Source: Candidatus Thorarchaeota archaeon (GTDB lineage Archaea > Asgardarchaeota > Thorarchaeia > Thorarchaeales > Thorarchaeaceae). Taken from it: a stretch of 14,580 nt of DNA. The stretch spans positions 1-14,580 of the forward strand of contig PRDH01000048.1 in NCBI GenBank assembly GCA_003345545.1, written 5' to 3'. A program made the translations under genes and the position numbers. Within the stretch, counting starts at the first letter, position 1. Each line of letters begins with the position of its first letter. Below are positions 6,109-14,580 of the stretch, in pieces. A model generated the notes under the pieces. That model did not search any database. It was not told where the DNA came from and saw only the letters and a program-made list of their open reading frames with translations.

Positions 6109-8430
6109 ATGAAGATGACCCACCTGACTCTTCGACGACTGAGGGGCATCTTCCCTGACTCGACCAGGGCGCTATTGGCAGGGATCTTCCTTGCAGGGAT
6201 TGTGTATCTGCTCTACGTGATTGGAGAGGGAGGATGGGTCAACCCCGGTGTGGTCATTGCACTCATCATAGAGGTTGCGCTATTCTACATGTCAATCTTC
6301 AAGCAACCCCCTGACAATCTGGAACTGGGAGTCCTCTCGCTCATTGCACTGGCCTATCTGTCAATCAGCTGGCTTCTCTCAGTCATCGTGCCTTTTCATC
6401 ACACTGTACTAATGGCAACAGCTGGACTACTGGTCTATGGTGCGGTCCTTGCTGAACCCAAGTACCCGCTCACAAAGAGGGCTCTTGGAACAGGACTGCT
6501 AGTCGGCGTGATTATGACCTTTCTTGGAGTCTGGCTTGCCTTGAAGCTGGGGGTTGTGTTCTTAGTTGGAGCCGAGATGCTGGGTGCTATCTTGCTCAGT
6601 ACAGCTGGCGGATACACAGCGCAGGAGAACACCATTGTCGTAGCGATTGCCAATTCATCAGCCATGGTTTCGATTGGTGTCCTGATCACATTCCCAGCTA
6701 TTGCTATCTTTGAACCAGGAAATCCTCTGTTCAATATGACTCATGTTGACTATAGTCCCATAGTCACTCTCAGCTTCATTATGCTTGTCACTGGACTGAG
6801 CGCGTTCTTTGGGATCATTCTATTGGCACCGTTCAGAGACCGGTTCGAACACGAGGCATGGCCACAGGTTCGACCACAGGCATTTACAATCAATTCAATT
6901 GGTGGAGATATTAGAGCAAAGAAAGCAGTTGGGATTGGAATTGCAGGCTCGGCCGCGTGGACGGGCACTGTGAAGGCAACAGAGAGTCTAGCAGGAGCAA
7001 ACCTGAGTTCCTTTCCAAATGCTCTAGCACAGGCAGTTCCAGCAGCATCAGCGATACCTGCATGGATTGGTATCAGTAACTCTCCAATGATGGCAGGAAT
7101 AGGCTTCTTCGTTGGCTGGAAGAGGGCGCTTGTAATGGCCATGGGAAGTGTGGCATCATTACTAGTCTGGGTGTTCTTGGAGGGAGCCAATCCTGCAATC
7201 AAATATGAAGAGCATATCAAGAGAGCAGAAATCATCTACATTGCTCTCGGGGTGTTTGTCACAGTAATAGCTGGCGATTTCATGGGAGGTCGCAAGAAGA
7301 AACGCGATGAGTTGATGACTCCGGAAGAATTCGAGAAGCAGGCAGCGACCGCATTTACTCACAAGGAACGCGGAATGACAGTAGAGATCCCTCATAAGAG
7401 TGATGAACTTCCGCAGATGATGAGAGTCAAGGGAGAGCTCCTATCGATTGAGATGATCAGAGAGGAGATACGCGAGATTGTCTTGAATCCTCGGGCGTAT
7501 TTAGTATCCAGAAGAGGGCGTCTGCCTCCATGGATTTCGTTTCTATCGTTGAGCCTGTTCATAATCGTTGGAATCATTGTCTTCTGGTTCATCCAACCCT
7601 TTCCCGGCGTCCAGATACATTGGCTTCTCTTCATAGTCGGAACACCCATTGCACTGATCTCTGTCTACTTCACGGCGCGTGCTATGAGTGAAACAGGAAT
7701 GCTTGCGGGGTACATTTCAGATATTGTGGCAATACCGGCAATTCTCTTGTTCAAGGTCTCCTTTGTAGTCATAACAACATTCATGTCAATGCTTGGCGCA
7801 CTTCAAGTTGCGGCAATTTCGCTCCTTGCACATCTTAAGCTTGGACGCTTGACAGGAGTGAGGGGGAGAAGTATTCTAGTAGCGGTCATTATTGGTGCTA
7901 TGCTTGGCACTACGATGGGGTCGTTCATCACCTACACATTGTTCGATACATACAACGGTTTTGGCGGGAAGGACCTCCCAAGCCCAGCAGCACAGCTCTT
8001 CGGATTCCTCGTGATCAGTCTTCAGGGGATTGGCGAGCTGCAACTTCCAGGGATGAATCAGTTTGAAGGTGTTCACCCAGTTCTCGTGTTCATCTATCTA
8101 CTGTCCTTTGCTATCGGGGGCTTTCTTGCGGGACGAGAACTCAATAGACGTGGCATGAGCCCGATGAGCCTAGTTGTCGGGGTGTTGATTCCGCCTGCCA
8201 CAGCAACTGCCATCCTCATCGGGGGATACATCAACTACCGAATCCAGAAACAGCAGCAACCTCAGGAGCCCGTTTCAAGTACGGGTCTGCCACAACAACA
8301 GATTGAGATTCAGGATGCAGATTACGGTAGAGCCAGCAGGATACTCAGCGGTATTGTGGCAGGAGAGGCTGTTGTGACTGTTGTCTGGGTACTCAGCACG
8401 GCAATTGCGGTGATCTTTTCAACTCTTTAA
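6109..8430 (+). CDS. OPT/YSL-family oligopeptide transporter with extra N-terminal transmembrane segments
   Basis: PLTKRALGTG (LTxRA), QENTIV, GIGFFVG, RAMSETG, LKLGRLTG, LPSPAA and SGIVAGEA are OPT-family motifs; there are many hydrophobic helices. Confidence 0.85.
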   Translation: MKMTHLTLRRLRGIFPDSTRALLAGIFLAGIVYLLYVIGEGGWVNPGVVIALIIEVALFYMSIFKQPPDNLELGVLSLIALAYLSISWLLSVIVPFHHTVLMATAGLLVYGAVLAEPKYPLTKRALGTGLLVGVIMTFLGVWLALKLGVVFLVGAEMLGAILLSTAGGYTAQENTIVVAIANSSAMVSIGVLITFPAIAIFEPGNPLFNMTHVDYSPIVTLSFIMLVTGLSAFFGIILLAPFRDRFEHEAWPQVRPQAFTINSIGGDIRAKKAVGIGIAGSAAWTGTVKATESLAGANLSSFPNALAQAVPAASAIPAWIGISNSPMMAGIGFFVGWKRALVMAMGSVASLLVWVFLEGANPAIKYEEHIKRAEIIYIALGVFVTVIAGDFMGGRKKKRDELMTPEEFEKQAATAFTHKERGMTVEIPHKSDELPQMMRVKGELLSIEMIREEIREIVLNPRAYLVSRRGRLPPWISFLSLSLFIIVGIIVFWFIQPFPGVQIHWLLFIVGTPIALISVYFTARAMSETGMLAGYISDIVAIPAILLFKVSFVVITTFMSMLGALQVAAISLLAHLKLGRLTGVRGRSILVAVIIGAMLGTTMGSFITYTLFDTYNGFGGKDLPSPAAQLFGFLVISLQGIGELQLPGMNQFEGVHPVLVFIYLLSFAIGGFLAGRELNRRGMSPMSLVVGVLIPPATATAILIGGYINYRIQKQQQPQEPVSSTGLPQQQIEIQDADYGRASRILSGIVAGEAVVTVVWVLSTAIAVIFSTL

Positions 8431-8446
8431 TCAGTCTTAGCTCAGT

Positions 8447-9832
8447 CTACCGTCGATAGCTGTCCTCCAAGGCCTTGTCCCACTCGTCAACTTCAATCTC
8501 ATGGCCCTTGCGCTTCTTTCTTGCCTCTGCCCTGGTTTTTCGAGCTTTCGCAGCCTCCTTTCGACGTCGAGCAGCCTCCTTCCTCCGCTGTCGTTCTGCT
8601 TCCTTCTCTTCTTCGGTGAGTTCTTCTGTTTCCTCAACTTCCCTCCTTGAGAACCAAGTAATAATCATCGAGACAAATGGAAATGCAAGGATAATCGGGA
8701 CAAGAAAGAGCAGTATTATCTCTGGTTGGAGTATCTCGATACTGTGCTCAATTCCCTGCGGCAAATTCAGTAGAATCATGAGCGCACTAGGATTGAGTAG
8801 AATGAACGCAATCGCAATGACACTCAGAAATCTGATTGCAGAACCGGATATCGCAGACCCGATTACATAGAACGATGATGGCGAAGCTGCTTTCGCAGTG
8901 AGCTCATCCTTTGCCTTCGGATCTGACTGAAGCAATTCATCAACGAATATCTGGAGACGACGCACATCAGAGATTGCATCAAGATTCTCAAGTGCATCCT
9001 GTGTGCCAACAACCTTTCGTTCGATTGCTTCCCGTAGAAATGAGAAGGCAATCAATCCTGACGTACGGCTCATGCCCGTTGTGCTTACCTTCTCGCCTCT
9101 CTCAATGGCATCCTGCTTTCTTGTTGCCTGTCTGAGAGCCAACAACTGCTTCTTGAGGGTTTCCTCTCGTTCCTCAATGGGTTTACCAACCGAGTAGCTG
9201 TAAATCATCTGGTAACTGACCTCGAGATAGGCAAAGGAAACCAGTGCTAGGAGTTGAGCATTCATGCCTAGAAAGACGAAAAAGTCTGTTGGAAATGGAT
9301 CAAGGTTGGGGACTGTCAGTAACCTGTAAGCAGCAAGAATCAGAATTAACTGAATTGATATGAATGCACCACCGACAAACTTGTGGTCCATTCTGAAGAG
9401 AGACTGCAGAAAGAGTGCAATACCGATTCCGGCGAATAGGAAATACAAGAAGAGGAAAGTATTGTCCCAGAGAGCTATAAGAACCTGGTCAAGATTGGTT
9501 TGGAAGGATGCCCATACTTGTGCCAGATTCGTCATCGGACCATCTACACCATATGGTTGCATGTACCAAGACCGAAGAACAATGACGTTGTAGAGACCCA
9601 CTATGATATCGTTTGGAAGAGTACCAGAGAGAACAGCTGCGAGTCCACTAATCATAGTACTTGTAAAGAAGAAGACAAGCAGAGATAATAGACGAAATAC
9701 AGTGACAACAAAATCGTACGGAGCCGCCCAGTGCCAGATGTCATTTGAGTCAAGTAGACTATATACAAGATACGCCATGCCTGCAAAAGTGGCAATCGAG
9801 GCAACCCGGAGAATCCAAGTGACGACTCTCAA
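8447..9832 (-). CDS. Unknown polytopic membrane protein with cytoplasmic helical region and highly charged C-terminal tail; last gene of the MoxR operon
   Basis: Roughly 7 hydrophobic segments. The TTG start overlaps the DUF58 stop (TTGA, 9832-9829). E/R/K-rich tail. Confidence 0.75.
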   Translation of the reverse strand: MRVVTWILRVASIATFAGMAYLVYSLLDSNDIWHWAAPYDFVVTVFRLLSLLVFFFTSTMISGLAAVLSGTLPNDIIVGLYNVIVLRSWYMQPYGVDGPMTNLAQVWASFQTNLDQVLIALWDNTFLFLYFLFAGIGIALFLQSLFRMDHKFVGGAFISIQLILILAAYRLLTVPNLDPFPTDFFVFLGMNAQLLALVSFAYLEVSYQMIYSYSVGKPIEEREETLKKQLLALRQATRKQDAIERGEKVSTTGMSRTSGLIAFSFLREAIERKVVGTQDALENLDAISDVRRLQIFVDELLQSDPKAKDELTAKAASPSSFYVIGSAISGSAIRFLSVIAIAFILLNPSALMILLNLPQGIEHSIEILQPEIILLFLVPIILAFPFVSMIITWFSRREVEETEELTEEEKEAERQRRKEAARRRKEAAKARKTRAEARKKRKGHEIEVDEWDKALEDSYRR

Positions 9833-11151
9833 AACATTGCCACCCCCTTTTGTTTTGCATGTTCATAGGTCTTGATGATGGTCGGCAGAAAGTCCTCTGG
9901 GCCAACATTGATGACCTCAATACTGAATCGGGCCAGCGCTTGAGCAATCTTGTTCCTTCGCTCCCAGAGCTCCTCGGAGACTGCCTCAGAGAGCACCTTT
10001 TCCACGGGTCCGAACTGACCCACCGGTGCCTCGAACCAGGGGCCAAATGGACTGATCACCATGGCTTTGTGACCATTGGCCACAAGCGCCTTCATTGCGT
10101 TGAGGAGGGGAGCTGGACTCTCCTCAAGATCAGTCAGCCAGATAATGAGGGACCGTTTCTTTGTCTGTTTCACAACATATTCTATTGCAGTTTCGTAGTC
10201 GCTCCAACCCCTCGGCTCAGCACCTGCCAATGCCTCAAGAACACTATACATGTGATTAGGGGTTACTCCAGGAGGAACATAGCTGTGAACTATGTCGCTG
10301 AACACGCACGTCCCAATGAGGTCTTTTCTCTCAAGGCCCATGTGCGTTAGAAGTACTGCAGCCCTAATGGCGTATTCCAATTTCGTGTTTTCTGGATAGC
10401 CGTTTCCCATGCTTCCACTTGTGTCCACCATGCAGATGACTTGAATATTCTTCTCCATCTCGAACTGCTTGATTACCATGTCGCCACGTTTTGCACTCGT
10501 CTTCCAATCGATGAGCCTGAACTCGTCACCAGGCGTGTAATCCCTGAAACCCACAAAGTCAGACCCCATTCCAACAGTCTTCGTTCTGTGTGCTCCGAAC
10601 ATGAGCCCGAGCTGGCGCTGTTTACCGAGAGCCTCCATTCGGCGTACATCCTTCCACGTAGGATAGACAAGGACTTCAGTGTGCGCCTTGAGCGTTCGTG
10701 AATAATAGTGGAGTCCAAGCCTATCTCGCATTATTACCTCAGTGGGGCCTATGAAATAGCGGCCACGCATCCTCGCCTGAAGGATATACGAGAAGGTGAT
10801 GCTGCTGGCGGGCTCGATACGTGATGCAATGAAGTTCTCTCCTATTGCGAGAATCCATGTTTCTGGATACAGGTCATGCACTTCAATAAAGTCAAAATGG
10901 CGCCTGGAGATGTTCTTGATGCTGACACGGACTCGCAGGAAGTCCCCTGAGAACACTTTTACTTTGTCGATTTGGCGGTCGACTTCGATGCCAGCTAGAT
11001 TCGCTGTGAGAGCAAAGAGGGGCAACGTCACAACAAGTCCAATCAGAAGATAGACACCCATCAGAATGAAGTAGAAATTGACAAAGGAGAATCCACTTGT
11101 TAGGAGCAGAACCCCTGCGAATACTACTATAAAACCCCTCTGGGTGATCAC
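9829..11151 (-). CDS. DUF58 domain protein with vWA/MIDAS (MoxR partner)
   Basis: N-terminal TM hairpin, Ig-like segment (RGRYFIGP...DRLGL...VLVYP), DUF58 motif FVGFRDYTPGDEFRLIDWKTSAK, MIDAS DTSGSM and later LTD. Confidence 0.93.
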   Translation of the reverse strand: MITQRGFIVVFAGVLLLTSGFSFVNFYFILMGVYLLIGLVVTLPLFALTANLAGIEVDRQIDKVKVFSGDFLRVRVSIKNISRRHFDFIEVHDLYPETWILAIGENFIASRIEPASSITFSYILQARMRGRYFIGPTEVIMRDRLGLHYYSRTLKAHTEVLVYPTWKDVRRMEALGKQRQLGLMFGAHRTKTVGMGSDFVGFRDYTPGDEFRLIDWKTSAKRGDMVIKQFEMEKNIQVICMVDTSGSMGNGYPENTKLEYAIRAAVLLTHMGLERKDLIGTCVFSDIVHSYVPPGVTPNHMYSVLEALAGAEPRGWSDYETAIEYVVKQTKKRSLIIWLTDLEESPAPLLNAMKALVANGHKAMVISPFGPWFEAPVGQFGPVEKVLSEAVSEELWERRNKIAQALARFSIEVINVGPEDFLPTIIKTYEHAKQKGVAMF

Positions 11152-11169
11152 AGCTTATCGTCTCCGTTG

Positions 11170-12159
11170 CTAGCGAGGACAGTCTACCTCGCCGAGTATC
11201 TTGGTCACAACACGCTCTACGGATAGCCCTTCGAGCTCGGCCTCAGGTTTGAGGACGAGTCGGTGGTTCAGTGTCTCAACTGACAGCTTTCGTATGTCCT
11301 CAGGAATCACAAAGTCACGACCAAACATTGCAGCTCGTGCCTTAGAGGCATTCATCAGGACAAGTGAGGCTCTTGGCGACCCACCGAGTAGGATCTGTGG
11401 ATCATTTCGGGTCCGGACAACAATGTCCCGGATGTAGTTAATGACATCCTCTTCGAGGAAGACAGTCTGACATGTGTTCTGCATACGGACCATGAGTGAG
11501 GGGTCAGCAAGAACCTTGAGCTCTGCAGCCTCACCAAGATGCTTCCGACGGATGACCTCAGCTTCTTCCTCGTCAGTGGGATAGTCCAGTATCAGGCGGA
11601 ACATGAACCTATCGAGCTGCGCCTCAGGCAGTGGATAGGTGCCCTCCTGCTCCACTGGATTCTGGGTTGCCACTATCAAGAATGGGCGTGGTAACTTTCT
11701 CGTCACACCTTCGATTGAGACCTGGCGCTCCTCCATCACTTCAAGCAGTGCGCTCTGTGACTTTGGTGGGCATCGGTTAATCTCATCAGCTAACACAAAG
11801 TTGGAGAACACAGGACCCTTACGGAACCAGAACTCTCCTGTTCGCTGATTGAACACATTGCTTCCAAGCAAATCTGCGGGAAGCGTGTCTACCGTCAGTT
11901 GTATTCTCTTGAAGGCACATCCTAGGATTGATGCGAAAGTACGTGCCATGTAAGTCTTAGCAAGCCCGGGGACTCCTTCAAGTATTACATGTCCGTTGGC
12001 CAGCATGGCAATGAGAACATTCTGCAGTATCTCATTCTTGCCAACAATGACTCGGTTGCATTCGCGAATGATCTCCGAGGTCGTACTGCGAACCTCATCG
12101 ATACTCATCGTTGCGGTTGTTTCGACAATCGGGGCTTCATTCGGTTCTTCTGTCGTCAA
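11170..12159 (-). CDS. moxR: MoxR-family AAA+ ATPase (MoxR proper)
   Basis: Walker A GVPGLAKT, RIQLTVDTLPAD, Walker B VLADEINR, ATQNPVEQEGTYPLPEAQLDRF, GSPRAS and HRL. TTG start. Confidence 0.97.
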   Translation of the reverse strand: MTTEEPNEAPIVETTATMSIDEVRSTTSEIIRECNRVIVGKNEILQNVLIAMLANGHVILEGVPGLAKTYMARTFASILGCAFKRIQLTVDTLPADLLGSNVFNQRTGEFWFRKGPVFSNFVLADEINRCPPKSQSALLEVMEERQVSIEGVTRKLPRPFLIVATQNPVEQEGTYPLPEAQLDRFMFRLILDYPTDEEEAEVIRRKHLGEAAELKVLADPSLMVRMQNTCQTVFLEEDVINYIRDIVVRTRNDPQILLGGSPRASLVLMNASKARAAMFGRDFVIPEDIRKLSVETLNHRLVLKPEAELEGLSVERVVTKILGEVDCPR

Positions 12160-12176
12160 TTTCTTTTACCTCTGAT

Positions 12177-13589
12177 TTATCTGGCGTCGATTAGTGATGA
12201 TTGGATATTACGCATAAAGAAGAAGAGCTCCATCATCTCGCTCTCCTTTATCTTCATATTTGGATCAGCTGCAATCTCTTCGATTCGCCCTAGAGTGGCC
12301 AAGAACTCTTCTTCCCGCAGTTTGGAGTCCTTATAGTGTATCAGTTCCCAAAGAGCTGCCGAGCTGTACTCGGTCATCTGTTGTTGCTTCTTCAGCCCTC
12401 GCTTCAGCTTACGGTGAAGCATCTTTACGACTCTAGCATAATTGCCCTCAGTTCTATAGTATGCCATGCGCTCGCTGAAGTAGGTCTGTCCTCTTCTGAG
12501 AAAGACATCTGACACACTCTTTACTTCAGGCTTCTTCAACTCTGGCAGGTATTTCTTCATACCAATCGCGGTCAGAATGGGGTACAGAGCAGAGACCAGT
12601 GGGAAGGTTGACAACCATAGGGCTCGGCCAAGATACAGGCCATATGAGAACTCGGCACTGTTCCAGGGTATTGCAAGAAGCTCCTCACAGAATAAGACTG
12701 GTTGTGAAGCATTGGAATGAGATAGCCAGTTTATGATGTTGGCAGCGAATCTTTGGTTGTCAGGGAATCTGCCGTACATGTCATTATTGAAAAGGCTCGG
12801 ATCACTCACTGCAACCAGCCGACCACCGTTTGGGTTTTGAGGGGAGGAGAAATCAAGCGCACCAGCAACAGGAAGACTGCCACTCCACTCATTGGGGTCA
12901 GGGCCTGGACTGGGATCAGTGATGTTGGTCTCACACCAGGACCGGGGCGTACTCCATGCAATTCCGCCTAGTCCAACCAGACTATAGGGGCTGATTGCGC
13001 TAGCCCAATTAAGGTGGAGCTCATTCACTCCAGAAGTGAGAAAGCCCTGATCAGCGCCTAGAAGACTATGGAAGTCTCTGATTATTGGGAGCCGCGGTTC
13101 CTTTGCAGGGTCATAGGAATTCAGGTCAAATAGCACTCCTCCGGTGAAGGAGAGAAACGCCGAAACGCCTTCAGGGAGCTGCCCTGGGAGAAGCTGTGTC
13201 ATAAGCGAATTCAGAATTGCCAAGGAGCTATTTGCAGAACCAAAATCATCGGCTATGAGAACACCTCCTCCAGCCAGTAGATGAATATAGACTGCAGCTG
13301 TCACATCAAGAGTGAAGTCTCGGACTGGGCCCATGATAACAAGCACAGCAGATCCATTCTCCCTTGTGATTACGCTCATCGAGGCCTGTATAGAATACAC
13401 AGGGCGACCAGTGTCCTCAATCGCACCTCGGTACTCACTGAGCCCGTTCCATTCCTCGTTGTAGATAGAGAAATCATAGGTGTATGCAGGCTGCAGACCT
13501 ATGAGAGTGTATCCTGCCAGTACTGTCACTGGAACCCATGCCATGAGGAAGAGGGTGACTTGGAGGATCTCTTTCCAGCCCATCAGCAT
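12177..13589 (-). CDS. DUF4350-domain membrane protein (GATase-like extracellular domain)
   Basis: N-terminal TM, FSIYNEEWNGLS, GGGVLIADDFG, GRLVAVSDPSLFNNDM...NQRFAANIINWL, a second TM and a cytoplasmic helical tail. This is the usual position upstream of moxR. Confidence 0.82.
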   Translation of the reverse strand: MLMGWKEILQVTLFLMAWVPVTVLAGYTLIGLQPAYTYDFSIYNEEWNGLSEYRGAIEDTGRPVYSIQASMSVITRENGSAVLVIMGPVRDFTLDVTAAVYIHLLAGGGVLIADDFGSANSSLAILNSLMTQLLPGQLPEGVSAFLSFTGGVLFDLNSYDPAKEPRLPIIRDFHSLLGADQGFLTSGVNELHLNWASAISPYSLVGLGGIAWSTPRSWCETNITDPSPGPDPNEWSGSLPVAGALDFSSPQNPNGGRLVAVSDPSLFNNDMYGRFPDNQRFAANIINWLSHSNASQPVLFCEELLAIPWNSAEFSYGLYLGRALWLSTFPLVSALYPILTAIGMKKYLPELKKPEVKSVSDVFLRRGQTYFSERMAYYRTEGNYARVVKMLHRKLKRGLKKQQQMTEYSSAALWELIHYKDSKLREEEFLATLGRIEEIAADPNMKIKESEMMELFFFMRNIQSSLIDAR

Positions 13590-13602
13590 TTCTCCTTGTT
13601 AT

Positions 13603-14580
13603 TCATTCCATTGGTGCAGTAGAGTCAATTCTTGGATATAGGTCTGTGAAGATGCGAAGCGCCGCTTCATATCGCTCGCGAGTCATCTCATGATGCGAGA
13701 AGCGAGCCTCTTCATAGGTCTGAACGAACTGCTCAGCGGTTGCACCATCTAGAGGGATAGACTTGAGTACACGACTCAAGTACTCGCGGGCGGTCTCTGA
13801 TTGGGTTCGTTCAGATCCCATTTTCGCACCGCACATCTGCTCGAATGTCCGATACGCCAATGTAATGGACGCACCATATTTTCCAGCATCAGCGAGCTTC
13901 TTGATATTTCGTAGCTTTGTTGGGATATCAATCCCTCTCGATGTGACCGTTGAGCGGCCCATACCTTTCACAACGTACAGATACGCCACGACAGCGACTG
14001 CTGCACCTACTAGTAATATTCCTGCTATGATTAGATCGGTTCCCTGCAAGATAATACCACCTTGTGTTTGAATTCTAATTGTAAATTGACCTGATACCAC
14101 ATCAGGTACTTCTGTTGATACGAGCGTGATAGTGAAATAGAGTGTTGTACCGTCCGCATAGGCTGACGACGCATATGATATTCTTCCATCTGAGCCTGTG
14201 GTAAGAGGAATCGCCTGGGTCCCATTGAGATTGAGAACCACATCTCTTCCCTCGATTGGATTGCCTTCAGGGTCAATGACTTCAGCCTCTATGACAAAGC
14301 TCTGCCCGGGATCGATACGCGCGGCTGAAAGCTGCCTAAAGGTCACGTCAGTGAAGATGTGCATCAATGGGCCAGTCGCAGTATGACCGTTGGTGAACGA
14401 ACCGCCAGTGTATTCAGCTCTTATTTCAAAACTGCCACTACTTCCTGCCCAAGACACTGGTATTGTCAAGTTGAAGTCTTGACCATTTCCATCTGTAAGA
14501 AAGGGAGATGCAATCTCAGTTGAGTCTAGATACACATGAATCGTTACACCATTGATTGAATTGCCCAGATCATCTCGAAG
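13603..14580 (-). CDS. DUF4129-domain membrane-anchored protein with extracellular Ig-like repeats (5'-truncated by the window edge)
   Basis: The frame stays open to 14580 (LRDDLGNSINGVTIHVYLDS...). Ig-like repeats (LRDDLGNSI / VIDPEGNPI; LTDGNG / TTGSDG), one TM helix, and C-terminal SETAREY...YEEARFSHH of DUF4129. Confidence 0.85.
   Translation of the reverse strand, partial: LRDDLGNSINGVTIHVYLDSTEIASPFLTDGNGQDFNLTIPVSWAGSSGSFEIRAEYTGGSFTNGHTATGPLMHIFTDVTFRQLSAARIDPGQSFVIEAEVIDPEGNPIEGRDVVLNLNGTQAIPLTTGSDGRISYASSAYADGTTLYFTITLVSTEVPDVVSGQFTIRIQTQGGIILQGTDLIIAGILLVGAAVAVVAYLYVVKGMGRSTVTSRGIDIPTKLRNIKKLADAGKYGASITLAYRTFEQMCGAKMGSERTQSETAREYLSRVLKSIPLDGATAEQFVQTYEEARFSHHEMTRERYEAALRIFTDLYPRIDSTAPME

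Noticed and set aside
37-14386. Numerous 60-166 aa antisense or alternate-frame ORFs in the track (e.g. 37-360, 369-785, 1667-2050, 6750-7235, 8475-8870, 9850-10350)
   Set aside because: They are shadows of well-supported genes on the opposite strand or frame and have no motifs of their own.

Overview
Gene-dense archaeal window, most likely from an Asgard archaeon (Thorarchaeia-like). The taxonomic call is an inference from two Asgard-type profilin genes, archaeal TATA/Shine-Dalgarno signals and TrmB/wHTH regulators. Left to right it holds: an ABC-2 exporter (partial permease plus ATPase, minus strand); a small wHTH protein, a TrmB-family regulator and a Trm112-like Zn-ribbon/SAM methyltransferase fusion (plus); a 740-bp 'intergenic' gap hiding two unannotated small ORFs and a palindrome-rich divergent promoter; an ArsR-like wHTH regulator (plus); two tandem, divergent profilin paralogues (minus; eukaryotic signature proteins); a DUF167 protein and an OPT-family transporter (plus); and a convergent minus-strand operon DUF4129/Ig-like (partial) - DUF4350 - MoxR AAA+ - DUF58/vWA - unknown polytopic membrane protein. 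The highlights are the tandem profilin pair, a TGTCAC-N7-GTGACA operator present twice around the TrmB locus, and a 29-aa ORF with a perfect SD. No rRNA, tRNA, CRISPR or mobile element was seen. All family calls come from motif recognition by eye, not from database searches.
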